DNA of 32,000 nt, from NCBI RefSeq assembly GCF_001997385.1, contig NZ_CP019633.1, forward strand, positions 690,001 to 722,000. Direction: 5' to 3'. Numbering within the stretch: the first letter of the stretch is position 1; each line of letters begins with the position of its first letter. Of this stretch, positions 27,559 through 32,000 are shown piece by piece. This DNA is from Sedimentisphaera cyanobacteriorum (GTDB lineage: Bacteria; Planctomycetota; Phycisphaerae; Sedimentisphaerales; Sedimentisphaeraceae). The notes beneath the pieces were generated by a model that did no database searches, had not been told where the DNA came from, and saw only the letters and a list, made by a program, of their open reading frames with translations. The position numbers and the translations under genes were made by a program.

Positions 27559-28902
27559 TCAGGCTAATCGAGTCTTTAATTTGCTTTTCATTGCCAAATT
27601 TCTGTAAAATTCAATAATTTTAAGCATAAAAATATAGGCAAAAGTAAACTTCTTTAGAAGTTTACGCATATTGTACCCAAAAGCGCTGCCGAGGGCGTTC
27701 ATTTTGTCCCCTTCTACACCTTTCAAGAAGTTTCTTCCCAACCTGTTGTCTTCTTTGAGGTGGCCTATCGTTGGTTCTATGCGCGATCTTCTCTTAATCC
27801 ACCTCTTGATACTTCGTTTCTTTTTTCGCCAGCCCTTTTCTACAATTTCAACATTTCCAATATCTTCGCAGCCATGTTTCTTGTATCCTCCATCAACATA
27901 AACATCTCCAAGCTTTTCTCTCCCGATTAAATTCATTGTCTGCTTCAGATTAGCCCGAAGAGTATGGCCATCATAAGGGTTTCCTTCAAAGCCCAACGCT
28001 CCTACGATAAAATTATTCTTGGCAGTAGTTACAATTCCAACCTTATTTCCAAACTCATATTTCTTGTGGCTTTTGCCTTTCCCAATGCAGCAGACGTGAG
28101 GTTCGTGAATACTGTAGAGTTTATTTTTGCTTTTCTTTGTCTGGGCTAAAAGCTTCTTAGCGGCTTGAAGCAATGTATCAAAAATTATTCTTAACTGCTC
28201 ATTGCCTGCTATATTCCGCTCGACCTCTTTCGTAATTCGCCGCAGGTAGTTCCTTAATTTCTTCACTTCTTTTTTAGCTCTTTTGAACTGTTTTGCACGT
28301 CGATACCTGCCCTGCATTACATACGCCCTTTTCCCAACCCTTTCGTAGCTTTGGCGAAGTTGGAGTTTTGATGCTTTTGCAAGATCTACAAGCTTAATGC
28401 GCAGTTTGTGGCAGAGTTTTGCGTCGGTCGGATAAGTGATGTTCTTCTGCTGAACGGTTGTATCTGCAACGAGCTTGTTGAAATCGTTCTTTTTGATAAC
28501 CTTAAGCTTCAAGCCGGCTTTGATAGTTTCTTCGAGCAGCTCTTCAAGACCATCAGATTTTACCTTATTACGCCACTTAGTCATACTGGTTGGATCAATA
28601 GGAGGCTCGTGCTGGAAGTATCTTTCGCCGCAGAAATACTGCCAGTAAGGATTCTCAACCCAGCCGGCAACGATTGCTTCATCGCTGAGATTGAAAGTGT
28701 ACTTGAGATACTGAAGGCCGACCATCAGGCGAATCGGCTTGGCCGGCCTGCCTGAATCAGGACTGTATAAACTGCCAAACTTCTCTTCAAAGCGAGACCA
28801 GTTGACAACCTCTGAGAGTTGGACTAAAGAGTGATCAGGATTTACAAGAGGTTTTAATGGCTGCTGAAAGAGTAAGCCTGCTTTATTGTTTTTTGCCTTC
28901 AT
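27559..28902 (-). CDS. IS5-family DDE transposase (copy R), 447 aa from ATG 28902
   Basis: Identical to the copy L protein except Arg instead of His at codon 183 (CGC versus CAC). The ORF is intact. Confidence 0.9.
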   Translation of the reverse strand: MKAKNNKAGLLFQQPLKPLVNPDHSLVQLSEVVNWSRFEEKFGSLYSPDSGRPAKPIRLMVGLQYLKYTFNLSDEAIVAGWVENPYWQYFCGERYFQHEPPIDPTSMTKWRNKVKSDGLEELLEETIKAGLKLKVIKKNDFNKLVADTTVQQKNITYPTDAKLCHKLRIKLVDLAKASKLQLRQSYERVGKRAYVMQGRYRRAKQFKRAKKEVKKLRNYLRRITKEVERNIAGNEQLRIIFDTLLQAAKKLLAQTKKSKNKLYSIHEPHVCCIGKGKSHKKYEFGNKVGIVTTAKNNFIVGALGFEGNPYDGHTLRANLKQTMNLIGREKLGDVYVDGGYKKHGCEDIGNVEIVEKGWRKKKRSIKRWIKRRSRIEPTIGHLKEDNRLGRNFLKGVEGDKMNALGSAFGYNMRKLLKKFTFAYIFMLKIIEFYRNLAMKSKLKTRLA

Positions 28903-28956
28903 TATTTTGTCCCAATATTGCAATGTTTTGATAGATGTAAGATAAACACTTGCAAT

Positions 28957-28984
28957 ATTATACCATATCTCGAAAGCTTTTCAA
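28957..28984 (-). promoter_or_regulatory. Copy R equivalent of the IS-internal promoter
   Basis: The reverse complement reads TTGAAA (28984-28979) ... TGGTATAAT (TATAAT = 28962-28957), identical to copy L. Confidence 0.5.
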
Positions 28985-29043
28985 TCATATAAACCATTAT
29001 CAGAAAAGAATTTAAGGAAATTTTAAACTTTTTCAGGGGCGAC

Positions 29044-29049
29044 TATTTA
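29044..29049. repeat. TATTTA hexamer at the outer junction of IS copy R (putative target-site duplication)
   Basis: Read directly: GGGGCGAC-TATTTA-GCTTTTTT. It contains the thioesterase stop codon (TTA on +, which is TAA on -). Confidence 0.5.
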
Positions 29050-29454
29050 GCTTTTTTCGTGATATAAGTGTTCTCTAAGCTTTTCTCTTATATCGTCTGG
29101 AATTCTAACAGCTTTCTGCTTATCGAAATCATAATGCACGATTACAGCATTCCCCTTTACGCATAATTTATCGTTCTGCCAGGCCTGCTGGTGCAAATGG
29201 AAAGATGAATTCCCGATTTTAGAGATATACGTTCTAATCTCCACATCCGTTCCAAAATACATCTGGCCGAGGAAGTCGAAATCAATATGTGCCATAATCA
29301 TATTCCAGTTTGACGGGTCTAGGCTCAGATCCGGCACGAAAATTTCAAACAGCGGATTCCTTGCCTGCTCAAACCACTGCGGAATAACGCAGTTGTTTAT
29401 ATGACGCAGGCCGTCTATATCACCAAACCGCGGGGTAACTACTGTTGAAAACAT
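29047..29454 (-). CDS. Hotdog-fold acyl-CoA thioesterase (4HBT / YbgC-like)
   Basis: 135 aa. N-terminal PRFGDIDGLRHINNCVIPQWFEQAR matches the D-x-D-x-x-G-H-(V/I)-N-N pattern of 4HBT thioesterases. Confidence 0.75.
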   Translation of the reverse strand: MFSTVVTPRFGDIDGLRHINNCVIPQWFEQARNPLFEIFVPDLSLDPSNWNMIMAHIDFDFLGQMYFGTDVEIRTYISKIGNSSFHLHQQAWQNDKLCVKGNAVIVHYDFDKQKAVRIPDDIREKLREHLYHEKS

Positions 29455-29463
29455 CTTCTACTC

Positions 29464-29493
29464 CAAGAAAAGGGGCGGCTGTTGTGCCGCCCC
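29464..29493 (-). terminator. Rho-independent terminator after pgk (minus strand)
   Basis: Perfect 8-bp GC stem: GGGGCGGC (29472-29479) pairs with GCCGCCCC (29486-29493). On the - strand it is followed by TTTTCTTG. Confidence 0.7.
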
Positions 29494-29505
29494 GAGGGTT
29501 TTGCT

Positions 29506-30744
29506 TTATTTATCTTCAAGGATGGCAAGGCATGCAAATTTCTTGCCTTCCATCATCTCGAGAGATGCCCCGCCTCCGGTTGAAACATGGCTCACTTTAT
29601 CCTCGAGCCCGAGAACCTTAATGGCGCTCGCACTGTCGCCGCCGCCGATTACAGTTCTCGCACCGGCTGATGTAGCATCGGCAAGCGCAAAAGCTACCGC
29701 CTTTGTGCCTTTGGCGAAAGCTTCCATCTCAAATACGCCCATAGGCCCGTTCCAAACTACGGTCTTTGCGTTTTTGATTTTGTCTGCAAACATATCGGCA
29801 GTTTTAGGCCCAATATCAAGGCCGAGCCAGCCGTCATCAATGCTGCCTTCCACCACCTTATTTTCGGCATCAGCTTTGAATTCTTTCGCTTCTACCGTAT
29901 CAACAGGCAGGAGGATCTCGCAGTTGCCGTCTTTGGCTCTTTCCATCAGCTCGCCGGCTTTCTCTACAAAGTCTTCTTCGCAGAGACTGCTGCCGATATT
30001 CTCGCCCATTGCCTTGGCGAATGTGAAGGACATACCCCCGCCAATTATGATCGTGTTCACCTTATCCATGAGGTTTTCAATTACCTGCAGCTTATCTGAA
30101 ACCTTAGCTCCGCCGAGTATAGCGACAAATGGTTTATCGCCCGCTTCGATTGTCTCGCCGAGGAACTTAATCTCTTTTTCGATAAGAAAACCTGCCACGC
30201 ATGGCTTGCCGCTCATCATCTGCGGTACAGTAAGCATTGACGCATTGTCTCTGTGTGCTGTTCCGAAAGCATCGCATACATAAACATCCGCAAGATCTGC
30301 TATCTCCTGCGCGAAATTGTCTTTTGCTTCTCTGAGCTGGTGATCTTCCTTGGCGGCTTTGTCTTTTATTGTTTCTGCTTTGTGGAATCTGAGATTCTCA
30401 AGCAGCATAACATCGCCCGGCTTCAAATTTGCAGCATTCGCCTGCACATCACTGCCAATGCAGTCCTCAGCAAAGATTACATCTTTACCAAGCAGCTCTG
30501 AGAGCCTTTGGGCAACCGGTGCAAGCGAGAAATCCATATTTCTTTCGCCTTTAGGGCGACCAAGATGACTCATAAGTATCACACATGCCCCGCCTTCAAG
30601 GGCATTTTTGATGCTCGGAAGAGCCTTGGCGATTCTCGCATCGTCGGTAATCTCTTTTTTGTCGTTCAAAGGCACATTAAAATCGCACCTTATAAGTACT
30701 TTTTTACCTTCCACGTTGATATCAGCAATTGTTTTCTTTGCCAT
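29506..30744 (-). CDS. pgk: Phosphoglycerate kinase
   Basis: MAKKTIADINVEGKKVLIRCDFNVPL, AILGGAKVSDKL and VSTGGGASLE. The ATG at 30744 is preceded by AGGTGA. The track's upstream start at 30774 is unlikely. Confidence 0.93.
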   Translation of the reverse strand: MAKKTIADINVEGKKVLIRCDFNVPLNDKKEITDDARIAKALPSIKNALEGGACVILMSHLGRPKGERNMDFSLAPVAQRLSELLGKDVIFAEDCIGSDVQANAANLKPGDVMLLENLRFHKAETIKDKAAKEDHQLREAKDNFAQEIADLADVYVCDAFGTAHRDNASMLTVPQMMSGKPCVAGFLIEKEIKFLGETIEAGDKPFVAILGGAKVSDKLQVIENLMDKVNTIIIGGGMSFTFAKAMGENIGSSLCEEDFVEKAGELMERAKDGNCEILLPVDTVEAKEFKADAENKVVEGSIDDGWLGLDIGPKTADMFADKIKNAKTVVWNGPMGVFEMEAFAKGTKAVAFALADATSAGARTVIGGGDSASAIKVLGLEDKVSHVSTGGGASLEMMEGKKFACLAILEDK

Positions 30745-30909
30745 TTTTTCACCTTTTAAAATTAAGAAATACAACAGACATTAACAAGTATTATAAACCC
30801 AAATAATGATACTTTAAATCACAATAAAATCAAGCACCATATAGATTAATTTTGTGAGTTTTACGAATTCAGGCAAATATTGTTTTTGGACTCAGCAGGG
30901 CTGAGGGAT

Positions 30910-31740
30910 CTATTTTTCCAATGTTGGTTTCCCTTCAAGATATCCAAGAGAGGTGAGAAATTTATCTGCTTCAAGGAGTGTTTCGTAGAATTTTTTCTTA
31001 TTGAAGAAACCGTGCACGCAGTCTTTGTAGGTATGCAAGTCGCATCTTTTTCCGAACTCTTTCATTTTTGCCTTGAAATTTTCTGCCGTTGATACCGGAA
31101 TCAAATCATCTTTTGTACCGAGGAATATTGTCGCTGGAGGCATATCTTTGTGAATGTTGTGCAGAGGCGAGAATTGACGCCAGTAATCATTTACTCTTTC
31201 GTAGCCGTAACCTTTCGGCCCGTTATCAAAAACTGGATTAAACAAAACAAGAGCATTCGGACGACAGCTTACCTCAAGGTCGTCTGTTTTATCGTTGAAT
31301 TCATCCAGCGCTGCCGTTGCTGAGGCCACATGCCCGCCTGCGCTTCCGCCTCCTGCTGCGATCATATTGGGATCCACGCCAAGCATATCTGCATTCTCAC
31401 GAACCCATCTTATCGCTGATTTACCATCTTTAACGCATTCCTTAGGTGATGTCTCGTATTTTTTCTTTGTCCTGTAGTCTGCACACATTGCCGTCATACC
31501 TCTTGAAGCAAGATATTCCGCTTGAGGATAAAAATGCGATGGGCTTCCGCTTACCCACCCTCCGCCGAAGAAAAACACGATGCAAGGCGTTTTATCGCTG
31601 CTCTTATGTCCTTCCGGATTGAATATGTGCATCGTCAGCTCTGCCTGATCTGTTTTTTTGTAAACCATAATTTTATCCGGCTCTATATCTGCAGAAAAAA
31701 GCGAGCCCGCAATCAATAGGCTTATAACTAAATGTTTCAC
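30910..31740 (-). CDS. Secreted alpha/beta-hydrolase (esterase/lipase type)
   Basis: GTG start at 31740. Signal peptide MKHLVISLLIAGSLFSA. Oxyanion-hole VFFFGGGW, nucleophile elbow GGSAGGH (G-x-S-x-G), and a late His in DCVHGF. Confidence 0.8.
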   Translation of the reverse strand: MKHLVISLLIAGSLFSADIEPDKIMVYKKTDQAELTMHIFNPEGHKSSDKTPCIVFFFGGGWVSGSPSHFYPQAEYLASRGMTAMCADYRTKKKYETSPKECVKDGKSAIRWVRENADMLGVDPNMIAAGGGSAGGHVASATAALDEFNDKTDDLEVSCRPNALVLFNPVFDNGPKGYGYERVNDYWRQFSPLHNIHKDMPPATIFLGTKDDLIPVSTAENFKAKMKEFGKRCDLHTYKDCVHGFFNKKKFYETLLEADKFLTSLGYLEGKPTLEK

Positions 31741-31758
31741 TTGGATCTCCTTAAAAAA

Positions 31759-32000
31759 TTATTGTGAGAATATAATATCAGCTGCTTCGCCGATATCTTT
31801 TACTGTTAATGCATTTTCAGGCAGTTCTTTGCGGTGTTTTAAGCCGTGTCCGGTTAAGAGGTATATCCCTTTTCCGCCTGCATTTTCGGCAAGATAATAG
31901 TCGCTCGGATGGTCTCCTACACTGTAAGACTTCATTAGGTTAATGTCATAATCGGCCTCTGATTTCCTTAAAAAATACGGCTTTGGCTTTTTGCAGCTGC
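31759..32000 (-). CDS. HAD-IIIA family phosphatase, C-terminal part (GmhB / histidinol-phosphatase-like); the 5' end lies beyond the window
   Basis: My own translation of the - strand: SCKKPKPYFLRKSEADYDINLMKSYSVGDHPSDYYLAENAGGKGIYLLTGHGLKHRK...IIFSQ*. It contains C-x-K-P-K-P and GD...D HAD motifs. The stop TAA is the reverse complement of 31759-31761. Not in the ORF track because it has no start in the window. Confidence 0.65.
   Translation of the reverse strand, partial: SCKKPKPYFLRKSEADYDINLMKSYSVGDHPSDYYLAENAGGKGIYLLTGHGLKHRKELPENALTVKDIGEAADIIFSQ

Larger units (their letters stand above)
27511..29045 (-). mobile_element. IS5-family insertion sequence, copy R (1,535 bp, inverted relative to copy L)
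   Basis: The reverse complement aligns base-for-base with 16877-18411. There are no indels and 6 substitutions. It has the same terminal inverted repeats. Confidence 0.9.

Noticed and set aside
29501-30283. 260-aa + strand ORF inside pgk
   Set aside because: It is a low-complexity Ser/Pro/Ala-rich translation antisense to an unmistakable phosphoglycerate kinase frame.
1-32000. Search for CRISPR arrays, tRNA/rRNA/tmRNA genes, tandem repeats and further long repeats
   Set aside because: I saw no regularly spaced direct repeats, no tRNA-like T-arm or acceptor pattern in any spacer, and no repeats beyond the IS pair and the diverged LamG paralogues. This was by-eye inspection only, so short or degenerate elements could have been missed.

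Overview
This 32-kb window is a moderately AT-rich bacterial chromosome segment. The protein architectures suggest a PVC-group organism (Planctomycetota/Phycisphaerae-like): signal-peptide LamG/Ig/dockerin-like exoproteins, many lipoproteins and frequent TTG/GTG starts. That placement is inference only. Positions 1-27513 form one uninterrupted + strand run. It holds a 5'-truncated membrane protein, a 612-aa lipoprotein-like unknown, a UvrD/PcrA helicase, a 776-aa exported TPR/HEAT protein, DUF2752, a lipoprotein, SerA and a TrkH/KtrB transporter. Two tandem paralogous ~720-aa LamG exoproteins follow, then IS copy L, paaK-ACT, ribBA, a lipoprotein-ECF sigma-anti-sigma module, tatA, a GNAT, tyrA, an MFS transporter and ogt. 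IS copy R is inverted relative to L. After it everything is on the - strand: a hotdog thioesterase, pgk, a secreted esterase and a partial HAD phosphatase. I found no rRNA, tRNA or CRISPR array, and no recognisable defence, secretion or other novel multi-gene system. Four signals are most worth a second look. (1) Two inverted 1,535-bp IS5-family copies differ at only 6 positions and bracket 9.1 kb of core genes. (2) Copy R sits exactly on the overlapping stop codons of two convergent genes, flanked by a TATTTA(G) direct repeat, whereas copy L has no matching repeat. (3) The tyrA/MFS spacer contains a promoter, a CU-rich structured RNA and a terminator, which could be an sRNA or an unclassified attenuator. 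(4) The tandem LamG-Ig-LamG-dockerin-like exoprotein pair. Most of the window is ordinary housekeeping.
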